A stretch of DNA of 61,855 nt, filler included, from Sphacelaria rigidula (taxonomy: Eukaryota): assembly GCA_964200075.2 (NCBI GenBank). It is 11 parts of 11 records of this genome, joined end to end, with 100 filler letters (N's around TTAATTAATTAA, not from the genome) between each part and the next. Parts side by side here need not be neighbours in the genome. Positions count along the whole stretch, not along the records: positions 33,797 to 39,328 come from CAXNAA020026576.1; positions 39,429 to 44,960 come from CAXNAA020026577.1; positions 45,061 to 50,592 come from CAXNAA020026578.1; 8 more parts are not named here. One strand, written 5' to 3'. The notes under the pieces were generated by a model, which searched no databases, had not been told where the DNA came from, and saw only the letters and a program-made list of their open reading frames with translations. Shown here one piece after another: positions 38,473 to 50,325 of the stretch. Numbering within the stretch: position 1 is the first letter of the stretch; every line of letters starts with the position of its first letter. Position numbers and translations under genes: made by a program.

Positions 38473-38645
38473 CGATTCGCACCCCTAACTGTATGTTCAC
38501 GCAGCCAGCGCGCGTGCTCCAGATTGCAACATGGATGCACCCCTCTGCATCACGCTCGCAACGGTTAGATCAATAACATAGGTATCTTTTTCCACTCCGC
38601 ACGTCGAGAAGGTCTCCACAGGTGTTTGATGTCTCATACAACCCT
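38473..38645 (-). repeat. Uninterrupted copy of the repeat at 33810-33965 + 34946-34961
   Basis: Reverse complement of TGTATGAGACATCAAAC...GCGTGAACATACAG|TTAGGGGTGCGAATCG. Confidence 0.85.
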
Positions 38646-40053
38646 CCCCAACTCGCGCAATTCGGCGAAACAGGACGGGGATAAGACATGTAAAAGGTTT
38701 TTTGTAATGTATGGAAGAAACGTAACGAGATGTGGAAGAAACGTAATGAGCGCCAGAATGTTGTGTCTCTATTAGAGTAGGAACGGTGCCTCGTCTCGAA
38801 AGGGATGCGTGGTCAATGGTCACACGGCTAAGGCAAGCAACAAATGAGTACGCCCCCCCCCCCCCCCCCAACTGGCGTCCCGCACGCTGTTGTCCTTGGG
38901 CACCCAGAGGGTCGCTCACATACATGTCGGGTGAAATCAAAGATGAATAACACCCCCCAACTTCAAATTGGATATATCTGTTGTTTTCGCCGCACCACCC
39001 TTGCTGGCATGTGTGTGACAGAAAACAGTAGCAGCGGTGACGGGAACATTGCCCGATTTTTCAACGACATGTTTTTCAGCGCACGAGGCGCGTCGTGTCC
39101 AAAAGAAGAGCCAGAGAGAAATCGATATTCGCATTCGTGAGCTCGACAGGCAATTGTAAGACGAGGGAAAACCCCTCCGCAGCTCGATGTTTCGGCACAT
39201 GGAAAATTGGGCACATGCTGGTAACATCGATGATGCCAGTTTGTCGAGCGGTTGGTAATCGCCGAGCGGAGACACACAAAGGACACGGGCGAGGAGCTTC
39301 CTCTCTGTCGTTGCTTCTCTCTCTGGTGNNNNNNNNNNNNNNNNNNNNNNNNNNNNNNNNNNNNNNNNNNNNTTAATTAATTAANNNNNNNNNNNNNNNN
39401 NNNNNNNNNNNNNNNNNNNNNNNNNNNNATGAGCAGCTGCGGCTCGAGCTGTGTGTTTTTGGTTTGCGGGGCCACCAAGTTCCTCCAGGTTCAGCTGTGA
39501 TATGTGTTGGGTTGTGTGGTAAGCCTTTGCTCGTGCCCCTCTCAACGGGACATGAATGCTCCCCTTCGAGGTGCACAGGAGTCCCCTTTTGAAAAATTGA
39601 TTTCAGGAAGTGTTTTTGCACTTCCTGAAGTCCCCTTACAGAATGGGATTTTTGCGCGCGTTGAGGAGATTTGGGCAGGGAGGGGGGGATATCGCAGCGA
39701 CCAATCACCGGTCGTTTTCCAAAAGGGGAAAATTCGAAAAAGGGGATAATCCTCTTCGTTAAGAAGGGCCCTCAGCCCCACTAAAGATCCAAACATCGGT
39801 GTTCACACTCGAAACAAGTAAGAACATCCCGGGGAAATTCTAATCGGTAATAATATTCCGGGAAAGTTCTAGTCGACCAAGTGATTGACACTACTGCACC
39901 TGGTCTACGATGCATCATTTCCCCGCAGCGACGTACGTGCTGTGCTACACTGTTTGCCCGCATCCCCCCGCAGCTGGATCGAAACTGTCGCGCTAATTCA
40001 TCGAGGTACTTCCCTTCCTCCGCTGCCTTACCGCACGACTGCTCGTCGAACAG

Positions 40054-40185
40054 GCGATGTGCACCCTTTTGGCGCTAGATTTCGCCGAGGCGGTAGAAAT
40101 AGATCCTGGGATGGCCGCACCGCTTGTGATCAGCGGGAACGCACTCAAGTCGTGGGTGGCGCAGAAAGATTATGCCAGGGTCGAG
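40054..40185 (+). CDS. Candidate exon of an unknown host gene (AMCTLLALDFAEAVEIDPGMAAPLVISGNALKSWVAQKDYARVE)
   Basis: CAG acceptor, GT donor, 132 bp open in phase 0-0, protein-like composition. Confidence 0.5.
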
Positions 40186-40436
40186 GTGGCGAACGAGACA
40201 TGATATTTTCGAGCCGTTGACGCCAACCCATTTCAGGCGAAAACAGTAGCCGGCGAAGGGCTCTCCAGAGCACGTTCGCATTTGTTCCTCCTTGCTGAAA
40301 CCAACGCCTCCGGCTCGACAAACGGGGTTATTTTGAATGTGCTCTCTTTTCTTTTTTTTCTGATCATCGTGGAAACTGCGTTGTACAGCACTACTGCAGG
40401 AACGTAGAGAGTGAACTTTTTGTCCTGAATTTTCAG

Positions 40437-40531
40437 GGCATGGAGGTCCGAACAAATGTTTTAGGGGACCTTCAGTTCTCTCGGAGGTGCCTTGGAGGGG
40501 ATTACCATTCGAACACCATCGAAACGTACAG
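40437..40531 (+). CDS. Candidate exon (GMEVRTNVLGDLQFSRRCLGGDYHSNTIETY)
   Basis: Strong TTTTCAG acceptor and AG|GTGGGT donor. Phases are compatible with 40054-40185 and with 42540. Confidence 0.5.
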
Positions 40532-40793
40532 GTGGGTGCCCATCTCGCCCCCTCTCCTGCCATCCATCTCGCAGGGAACCTCGCCGCATGGCCTCTCACC
40601 GACGAGACTTCAGGTGCTTCCACTGTTGCCCTCCCGTAGAGCCATACCCTTATGCCACGAGTACGTGTTTCTGGAAGATTCGGGATATTTCAAGAATGTG
40701 TTGGATATTTTAGGGCATTTATTTCTCGATTTGGGTATTTTGAAGAATCGTGCTCCAAAATTATCCAAAACTCGGGTAGATTGCAGGTATGAA

Positions 40794-41836
40794 CCCTTTT
40801 GGGACCGGAACCCCACCAACACAGGGTTGACCCTGTGTTAATGGAATAATAAAAAATAAGTCTTCGAGCGACCTACCCAATCACAGCGAGGCAAAATTTA
40901 TCGACCAGACTCGAACGACCAGCGCGGGGATTGTTGTTGGATGTGACGCCACTGCAAAGATCGTGTGGGGCCCCATCCCTGGCGCAGATAAGCCTTCCCA
41001 GGTTTCCAAGTGCAGGGCGGTCGCAGCTTGGTTTTATGGTATTGCTTGCACTCAGTATACCGTTCCCGAGTTTTTCCGGAGCGTTTTTTGGGTCCCAGAT
41101 CTATACTAAAACGTAGTTATTTACGCTAACACAGGGTGGGCCGGAAAAACTCGGGAAGGAGTGTACATGCTACCATGTCGTCATTTTCACCACGCCCTCA
41201 AAGGAGGTGGGCTGTGGAAAGACAAAAGGATCTACTGTCATGAGTTCTGCTTATCCCTCTGGCGATGACTCTCAGGGTGCAGTGAATAACTACGCAGTGG
41301 ATGGGGATCAAGAAGCTGTATATAGGCAGTTGATCACGGTAGCCAAAAACTGCCCAGAACGTGCAAGGGTGTATGCAGCGGCAGCTGCTGCTTCAGTCGG
41401 AGAGGGGTACTACACTGTACTGTATACTATACTGTTGTATGCATGAGCGCTGCAACGTTGATTCCCTTCGAGGAGAATTTGCCGCATGCAACAAGGGGGG
41501 AAATGGCGGCCCACGCCGACAACAAAGGGCTGTGTGGCAAGGTGATGGGAACAAAAGTATCATCCAAAGCCACAAGTGGCGGGCGGCCCGCGGGTCGCCG
41601 CATCCTGTTGGAAGCTAGCTCTTTACCACGGCTCATACTGCTTGCTACATCAGATGTACACCACCTAATGCGCACCCTGCACCTGAAAATAGTTCGGATA
41701 AAACTTTCGGTCTTCGTCATGACCCTGCGGTTACATACGCAGATTTTCAGCAACATGCCACTGTTTTGTGCAGACGCCAGGCACGTCATTCCTGACCAGC
41801 CTACTTGGTCGTTCTGGAGGCCCGTTCCCACAAGGG
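40794..41836 (+). mobile_element. Complete 1043-bp non-autonomous piggyBac-type element
   Basis: TIRs CCCTTTTGGGACCGG / CCCGTTCCCACAAGGG flanked by TGAA and TTAA. Subterminal palindrome AACACAGGGTTGACCCTGTGTT. Two more copies in the window. Confidence 0.88.
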
Positions 41837-42539
41837 TTAATATAGCAAAACTCCGGTATGCTTTTTGCTTGTTGGTACTGTCCGCCTCTCAAGTGACTGA
41901 TATTTTTCGTTGGCCTTGGCTGCATGGCGGTGATGAACATTGCAGGTGGACGTCTCAGTCGAACGGCGGTAGTTTGGGAACTGCATCCAGTCAAGGCGCT
42001 AATCGGAATAGCTCCATGAGGTGCGCAGCGTGCGGTTTCTGTTAGTCACGCCTTTTTCGTTGTGTGGATTTACTCGCTTTGGTTTGCGACATACATGTCC
42101 CCGCAGAGCTGAAGGAAACGACTTTGTGCCGAAGCAAGCTGGCGACCCACGGCTGTTTTGGCTAAAAAGTATTAGCAGCACTTCCCAGCGAGCAAAGTCC
42201 CATGCTTACGCCGTCCGGATTCAACCACCGTAGGACCGTCCGCGTGGCGGCAAGTGCAGCGTCGTAAGTCTGATTTCATCAGGTCAAGGAAGCACGGCGG
42301 CTGATCTTGTCTGCTCAGGCGCCGTTTGTTTTAGCAAGTTGCCCCCGCACAGGAAGCGTACCGGTGCGAGTCGTGCCTTACCGCTGAGGCTGGTGCATCC
42401 GCCATTGATCAAACATGAATGCCCTAACTCTCTTTCTGACCGTGCTCACCTCTTGCCGGCGTTCCATGTTGCTGCTCCCCGTCCTGTCATCCTTGCGAAA
42501 TTGCCAATCATACTTCATATCCGCTTTATTCTTCGGTAG

Positions 42540-44732
42540 TCCGGGTGCGCATAGCCGTGCCGCGCTTGAGAGGTGCCTCGCAGAAGCTGTCCGCCAGCTC
42601 CGGGTTGATAGAATAGAGCCAGCCAGGACCTCGGCGCTGTTGATGGACTCGGCGACCCAGGTGCCATTAGCACCGGCCACCACCGCAACGACAAATCGCT
42701 CGCCCAAATCCGGAAGACCTAGCCCCAGGGGCCCGCTATCGCCAGGACCCCGTGGCCGGATATTAGGGAGCGACGGCATTAGCGTCAATACTAGCGGCCC
42801 AAAGCAGGACAAGCTTGAGCTTCGGGGGTGGTCTGACCATGGACAGGGTGTAGTTTCTAGCCCGCGCACCCCCACGTCGCCGTCAAATGGACTGCTGTCG
42901 GCCGCGAGGCGATATGCGGGCGGGTGGGCAAGTGGGGTGATGCATCGGTCGTCGTCGGCGGGGGCTGAGCCGCCGCTGTTACTCTCGGGGTGTGGCAATG
43001 GGGAAGCTAGCATGAGCTCCGCGCGGCGTAGATCTGTGCCTGCGCGGCCGCTCTACTCCCCCCCAACCCCGGCGGGGGCAGCGCAGGAACTCACAAGCTT
43101 CGGCGAAATGGCCTCTGATGGCGTCTTGAGTGCGGCGGGGGCGGCCAACGCGGAGCAGTCCGCGATGCCTTGTCCTCCTGCTATTGCCGCTGCTACGGGG
43201 ACGATGACTGTGACCGGCGATCGGCCTGTAGTAGGTCTACATCCGCAAGATCGTATGGGGAGACTGTCGGTGGGTCATCCGACACAGCGACACAGGTTCG
43301 GTGGTACGGAGACGGGGACCTGTATGTTGCCGCACAAATCCAGGGGTTGGGACGCCTTACCCTCACCTGAACCTCGGCACAGTTCACCTCGCCTTTTCAC
43401 ACCCGCGTCGGGCCTTCCAGGGAACCCGTCGCCGACGCCACCGACACCGCCACCACCTCCACCACCATTTCCACCACCGCCCAGTGCTGGGGAGTGGACC
43501 CCTGATCCCACTTCTGGTACGGATCAGGTGTCGTCTATTCCCATGGTTTACGGTCCGCACTTGATGCCACCGCCGCGTCATAATCCCCAACTCAATCATC
43601 GGTATAGCAGCCCTGAGCCACATCTTTATGGCGACAAGCCTCAACCGCACTGCGGAACGCCACATATTGTTCCGCTGCACAGCCAACCGCCACAAAACGG
43701 ACCCCCACAGGGACCACCTCCTAGAATGGCTGGAATGGGTATGGGACATCAGCACCACCACTCGCATTTATGGCTGGGTGGGTCTCCGGTGTCGGGGGGA
43801 GGGCTGGGGTCGATGGTACGCGGAGGCAATTCGCTACCGCAATCACCGCCGAAGCCGATACGGTCAAACTCGGAACCTCCGCAGTTGGGAGCAAACGATC
43901 CCAGGGAATATTACACCAGTCGCACTACGGTAGCCGCCGAACGGCTACGGCGGCGGCGTCTCGAAGGCTTGGAGCAACAGCAGCAGCAGCAGCAGCAGAA
44001 GCAGCAGCGATATTTTCAACACTCGTGGTCGTGTCCACTACAAGAGGTTGCTTCTGTCGGTGACTGGGGGAAAACGGACCACGGCAATGAAGTTTCCGGC
44101 GTGGTGGCCACAGCGGCGAGTGAAACGAGCCCGGAATGCAATCGATGTAGCACCGGGAGCGCCGGGATGGGTGATTGGTCGAATGTCAGCGCGCGGCGGC
44201 AACATAGTCCGACCGGCATGGCGGCCAGGGGCCAGCGACCGTCTTCCCCCAGCATAGGAATAGGAGCAATGAGTTTCGCGTCAGTAGCGGCGGCAGGAGG
44301 AGGCTGGGGTGGGTCGATATCATCGGAACTGCCAGGCTCTCCGGCCTCCTCTATAGGGAGCCCTTTTAGACGAGTAGATCGACGCTCTCGGACGCCGCCT
44401 TTGCGCGAGGGACGAAGCGATGAAGACGGCGGCGTCGACTGGGGGGTGAGGCGTCCGTCGTCATCGTACTCGCAGAGCCCAACACGAAAAAACGGGATGA
44501 CGGGGTCGGGTAGGTTGTCGCCGCCGCCATCGACTCGTGGACGCAGCGAGTCTGTGCCCTCAAGACCGCGATCGTGGACCGGCCCTCGTTCGGCGTCGAC
44601 ACTGGCGGAAGAAGTTGAGGCGGCGGCGGGGCGAATGAATGGGCTCAATGGTGATGCCGTGAGCGAGGGGAGGTCCTCCCCAGACAGGGAACGGCAAACG
44701 CTGGGTATACTGCTGCCGCTGGATTACTCGGG
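42540..44732 (+). CDS. Large exon encoding a Pro/Ser/Gly/Gln-rich, probably disordered region of an unknown protein
   Basis: 773-codon GC-rich open frame (42415-44736). TAG acceptor at 42537-42539; the apparent stop overlaps a GTGAG donor after LGILLPLDYS. No recognisable domain. Confidence 0.75.
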
Positions 44733-44854
44733 GTGAGGAAATTTTTTTGTTTGCTTGTTTGCTTGCACGCCGCGTGCCAGTTTAGTCCAGTGTGCTGGGA
44801 CTTGTGCAGTATTCCTCTTTTCTAGACCGTGCTGCTGTGTGCGTGTGACTTGTG

Positions 44855-44960
44855 CAAGGGTAGGTCGAGTAGAGTATTCTCACTACTCAGTATTTTTGAA
44901 GAGTATATTTTTCAGGGTACTCCTCGGGAACGGTTTTTGAGGCGGTACTAGACGGGGCGG
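44855..44960 (+). mobile_element. Left end of the 8-bp-TSD MITE family (15307-15727)
   Basis: CAAGGGTAGGTCGAGTAGAGT. Confidence 0.8.
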
Positions 44961-45730
44961 NNNNNNNNNNNNNNNNNNNNNNNNNNNNNNNNNNNNNNNN
45001 NNNNTTAATTAATTAANNNNNNNNNNNNNNNNNNNNNNNNNNNNNNNNNNNNNNNNNNNNCTGATGAAGTCGATCAAAGGACACGGCTGAGCCGATCATG
45101 TTGATGTAGAAGAGTAGTATTACATCGCTTGACTAAGCAAGTCAAGGAAGGAAAGAGAAGGAAGAGAATGAAGAAAATGAAGTGACTGAGTGTGGCTACC
45201 TCAACACCATGACAAGTATACCTTCCCAGCCAGACATCACGTACGTAAGTACAAGATATACGCCTACTATTGTATCAAATCCCACCGCATGTAATTGACA
45301 CTGTCGAGTAAAGACAGATACCTTCGTGCCGTGGTTTGTCAGTACTGCAGACTACACTGAAAAGGCTGTTCACACCAACAACTTCATGGCGCACGGCCCT
45401 AAGCGCGCTGCAGCCGCTGCGAGGCGCTGAAACATCGCTCATAGGCTGTGCAAACCACAGTCAACGGTTCCAAGTCGGTATATCTAGTGCTGTGCGCTGC
45501 AGCTGTGCGCACTACAGGGCAAAACGGGAAGATTTTGTTTTATTTTGTTCCGAAGAAGGTTTTTTGCTTTTGGCGCAACACTGACTTCACAGGATCATCT
45601 CTGTGCCGGTGCTTCGCAGGTTAATAATTGTGAGTCAGCCCGCTGCTTTGGTAAGGACCTCGCGGAGGGATGTTTTGGAACTGAAACGAGTTAATCACTA
45701 ATTGACCGCTTTTCCTTGTCAACCATATCC

Positions 45731-45978
45731 GACACTTCTACGATAGCCCCCCCCCATAATCAGCCCAAAAGTGTCACGAAGAAAATGGCCATACAGCGCC
45801 TGATGTGTGGGTTCAGGCTGCATGAAGCGCCTCATATTCGCAACAATGGCGAGAACGAGCCCAAGCGTGGGATTTCCCAGCTGCTCGTTGTGCTCGGCCT
45901 TTCCCACTTTGATTTACGTGAAGATTTCGCCTCCCAAAATCGTGCACTTTTGGGGGGAGGGCTATCGTAGAAAGTGTC
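45731..45978. mobile_element. Complete 248-bp CTACGATAG MITE subfamily B, 4-bp TSD ATCC
   Basis: TIRs GACACTTCTACGATAGCCC / GGGCTATCGTAGAAAGTGTC, with ATCC at 45727-45730 and 45979-45982. Confidence 0.92.
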
Positions 45979-46344
45979 ATCCTCTACTCTCAATCTCACG
46001 AAAACATCGTTCTATGTAATTGGAGGCTCCCTCATCAGTTGTGTTTGTTTGTCCACGTCTATTTATTTTTCGCGGAGGGCAATGTATACAAGCTCGATCG
46101 AAGCGGAGAAAGCGATGACTCGCGCGCTTTTTCTCCCTTCATTCAATCCATGTGTAGTATGTACATGTATCATTTCACATGTTAACCACTTTTTTTGCCG
46201 AGTTTTCTCTGCCAGCAAGGTATTTTTCCCCACGCTTTCTTTTGCAGCGCACTGAAAAGGAAAACTCGTACGACGTAAATATTATATTTTCGACTTGCGT
46301 CACCCCCGGGAGGCCCGTACCAACCTCTCGAAGGGGAACCTTGT

Positions 46345-46555
46345 ATAATTATATGATATACAAATATATTGTAGATAATATATACAATGTAGTATATATT
46401 AAGGAAATGAGCATATATATGTGTAGTATAGACCTATAATAATGACATATATCATATGGTACATAATATATTGAATATATATATGATATGTAATATATGA
46501 AATATAGTATATGATACATAATATACTAAATGTAGTGTATAATTTATAATGTATA
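46345..46555. repeat. AT-rich low-complexity tract
   Basis: Degenerate (TA)n composition. Confidence 0.85.
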
Positions 46556-48600
46556 AGGACCTCTACTGTCTACGGTAGCTGATAACATCCGCCAACGCCT
46601 CGGCGAAAAAACAGGGGACACACGGCTAGGTGCCCTCCCCCCCCTCAAAAACTCGGATTTTCTAGTTTGGGGCCTACGCGTCCCGAAATATATATTTGAT
46701 AGACCCTTGCTCTATGATAAAAAAAATAAACATCTTCCTAAACTCTCCATTGTGTGTTCCTCGGAAGTAGGCAGGAAAAACGTCCAGTTGTGCGACATGG
46801 GCGTCACGGGGAGAAAATGTGCAGCTGTGAGCGTCGTGAAACGCACGCAAGAGATACCATGAACTGCAGTCTTGACACAAAATTCAGGCATGCCACGTTA
46901 TCCATTCCAGGAGAGACAAAGTACTGACCACACAAACGCTTCGTCATCTGCAAATCGAAGCGATACGGTCTCGTTCCTGCCGCCGGCGGCAGAGTCTCTC
47001 GTGGGCCTCTACTATTTCATGATCCTCTCCCTGGGTACCCCAGTCCTGCGGACAGCGTCTTTGAAACAAACACCGTTGCTGCTGTCATGAACTCTGCTCA
47101 GACACATGCGTGTCCCTTTCATATATTATTGATCTTTTTGGCGACTCGGAAGTAAAGTTCACACCAGCCCTCACTCAACCGTGGCGGCTTGTAGGCTTTT
47201 TGAGACCTCTTTTGGGTACTACTTAGTGTCCTTATACTCCAACAGAGGCATGCGTAGGAGCATCTGCACTCAAGGCCGTGAAAATGTTGTTCACTCCAAC
47301 CATGAGGCAGAAACACGTCTTAATCTTCGTTGCCAAACGCTCACCATCCACTTTCACCGAGTTTCGCCGACTTGGATCGAGAAGGAAGTCAGGCACAGAG
47401 GTTTCGAGGTCAATCGGGCTGGTTTGTTCAGCTTCCGGTCCAAAACGTGGATCCATTGCTTCCTCGAATGTACGCTTCCGTTAACTTACCGGCTAGCTAT
47501 CAACGACAAGTGCTCACGCACGTGTCCCTATCTCACGCCCTGATCCACAGTTCTTGTGAAGGAACCCAACCATCGTGATTGGTAAAACGATGCCCGAAGC
47601 TCCGGCGTCTCACTTCCGACCGACTTTGACTCGTTTGTGGCAACACAGCAAACACATGCGTGTGAAAGCCTTTGCTTTGCTTGCTAGGTTTGGCGTCATC
47701 AACGTAAGACTCTAGGTGATGAATGCTGGTGCCAACGCAGCCTTCCGGATGATCGACCCCTTGACAGCTAACCTTTCAGTGCTGCAAGCTCAACGCATGT
47801 CCTTCGGTCCGATGTCGTCGAAGCCTATTATTCTCAGCTTTCGAATGACGACCTCAGCATGGCCAGCCAGGATCTTCTCCGTGGGAGGAAATGAACGAAT
47901 GCGATAGGTCGTTACTGTGTGCTCCCCGATTCGGGACTTACCACTAGCCCCACGCGTGACTCAATTGTTGTCCTACTTTCAAATATGGACCTCCATACCA
48001 TGCTGGCAAGGAAGGCGCAAAGGCACGGCGCGAAACAACCTTGCTGTTCATATGCGATATTGACGGCAAGTGTGGCGCTGTTAATGTTCGCTCGCAGGGT
48101 CGATGCTGGTGGTCACATGCGCGTTGACAGCCATTGTGGTCCTGTGAACCTTGTAATGAATTTTCAGGATGTTGTGACATCCACGACACAGGGGACGATA
48201 TATCGCGGGAGAATCTACGACGATCAAGGCCGCCTGCTCATTCAGGTATACTGTTTGTAGCCTAAGCTGCCCAGTTCGGCATGAATAAGTTGAAGGGAGC
48301 CCTTCTCGGCCTGGATGTGTTATGCACGACAACATGATATCGGCAGCCTGGCACCAAGAAGCATACCACCTTTTGACTCGGCGACTGCAGCGGATGTTTA
48401 GCGAGCATATGGTACTAGCAGCATGTCAAGAATTTCATGTTGCATAACATATGTGAGTCAATTTTCAGTAGCATCAAGCTGAAATACGGAGGCTTGTTCA
48501 CTGAGTAACAGGCGGGACATTATGCGGGGCAATAAGAAACGGTTGGAGTCGTTGTATAGCCTTCGAGAATCCTGTGGTGTGAAGGTTGTTCTGGAAAGAT

Positions 48601-48828
48601 GTTGTAATGCGTGAGAAGACCGCGTGCCTAGAGGACCGCATCGGAATTTGAATATCCCTAGGGTTAGGGTTAGGGTTAGGGTTAGGGTTAGGGTTAGTGT
48701 TGGGGTTAGGGTCAGGGGCGTGGTACCTACAGGGACTGACCCGATTGATTTTGAAAAACGTCGATCCTGAGGTGTCCCGACCTACCATGCGGTCCTCTAA
48801 GCACGCGGTCCTCTCACGCATTACAAAC
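48601..48828. mobile_element. ~228-bp MITE enclosing a (TTAGGG)n array
   Basis: ~40-bp TIRs TTGTAATGCGTGAGAAGACCGCGTGCCTAGAGGACCGCAT / ATGCGGTCCTCTAAGCACGCGGTCCTCTCACGCATTACAA, with telomeric repeats at 48659-48717. Confidence 0.88.
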
Positions 48829-50026
48829 GATCACCAATTAATTACGAGCTGGGCCAGCTCAAAAGGTCCAATTTTTTGCTCTCACCACAGCTTCCCCAGT
48901 TTCCCGAATGGGTCCGATGTAAGCATATTACTGTGAACTGCTGACCCACCTGATGACAAAGGACTACGTCGCTGTTCGATTATCGTCGTAGTGCCGATAA
49001 CGTTATTGTACTGCATAGAGTACAGAGTGGATCTGACATCGTTGGGTAATAGCGTGTCGGAGTGCGTTTTTTTTTGGTATGCGGCGGGTTCACGGCAGCA
49101 ATCTCCTCGCAGTGGGTATTTCTTCTTGTGTGTTCATATTCAGGCTCCCTTCACATAGAGTACGCCGTTGTTGTGACTGTCATTATTCCTCGTTATTGCT
49201 TTTCTCGCCTTCCTTCACATGTTTTTTGTCAACATTAACGTGTCACCGTTTCTTCTCCGTGTTTATCTGTTTTTTCCTACGTAGTTCGGCTCCTCCTGAA
49301 TTTCTCTGCGTTGTTAGCCTTCTATCGATGTATCTTTGCGTTTTCTTTTTGTGTGTTTACATTCTGGCTCCCGTCACATAGAGTACGCCGCTGTCGTGAC
49401 TGTCATTGTTTCTCGTTGTTGTCTTTGTCGCCTTCCTTCACTCCTCTTCTTCTCCACAGTAACTTATCACCGTTGCACGTTCTTCTTTTTCTTCTGCGTT
49501 TGTGTTTTCTTTTCGTCCGTACGCATTCGTCTTCCCGTCCTTGCCATGTAGTAGTAGACCACAACTTCTTCCCCTCACCATACTTGTCTGTACATGTTCT
49601 CTTCCTCGCGTTTGTTGTACCTCCCCCCCCTTTAGTTTCAATGCCTTCGCGGTGGAGTTCTCTTCCGTTTTCTTGGGTTTTCCCCTTCCGTCTGGTTTTA
49701 TGTCTTCACATTAATTCCATTTTTTTTGTCACAACAACGCACGGGAAAAAAGATTCCTTCCTCTTCCTTCAACCCCGACATCGGCGACGCACGCTTGTGC
49801 GTAAGACATTTCGCTCCAGCACCGCTCTGCCTTGCTTCCCTTCTACAACATGCCCATACCCATGCGGCACTATCCCTCTGTACAACATGCTATCACGGCC
49901 CTATCTTTCTGTCTGTTGTTCTCAGCCCTTTCTTTTCCCTTCCACATTGCATCGCCCATATATAACGTCCATAGATTCTGCCCCCCCCGCTCAGTGGCGG
50001 CGGGGGGGGGCCTCTTCTAGACCTAG

Positions 50027-50325
50027 TAGACATGAAAGAGAGAAGCTAACCACCCTCCTTATTTTGCCTACCATAACACAGCCCGGAAATAGACAAAACA
50101 TAAAGAATCTAACCCTCCTTCTTATTTAACCTACGATAACACAGCCCGAAAATAGACATCAACTAGAGAAGCTAATACCGCTTCTCCTTTCACCCACCAT
50201 AATACAGCCCGGACATAGACGTGAAATAGAGAAGCCAACATTCTTGTTCCTTTCACCTACCAGTACACAGCCTGGACATAGACACCCTCCTTTTTGTTTA
50301 ACCTATCAAAGCACAGCCCAAATAT
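50027..50325. repeat. 63-bp tandem repeat, about 4.5 units
   Basis: TAGAC at 50027, 50090, 50153, 50216 and 50279. Confidence 0.9.

Noticed and set aside
48659..48717. Chromosome end
   Set aside because: The array is short, internal and enclosed by TIRs.
49311..50129. 272-aa hydrophobic ORF; also 13273-13632, 11620-11973 and 50742-51149
   Set aside because: These arise from pyrimidine-rich or microsatellite low-complexity sequence with no domain signal.
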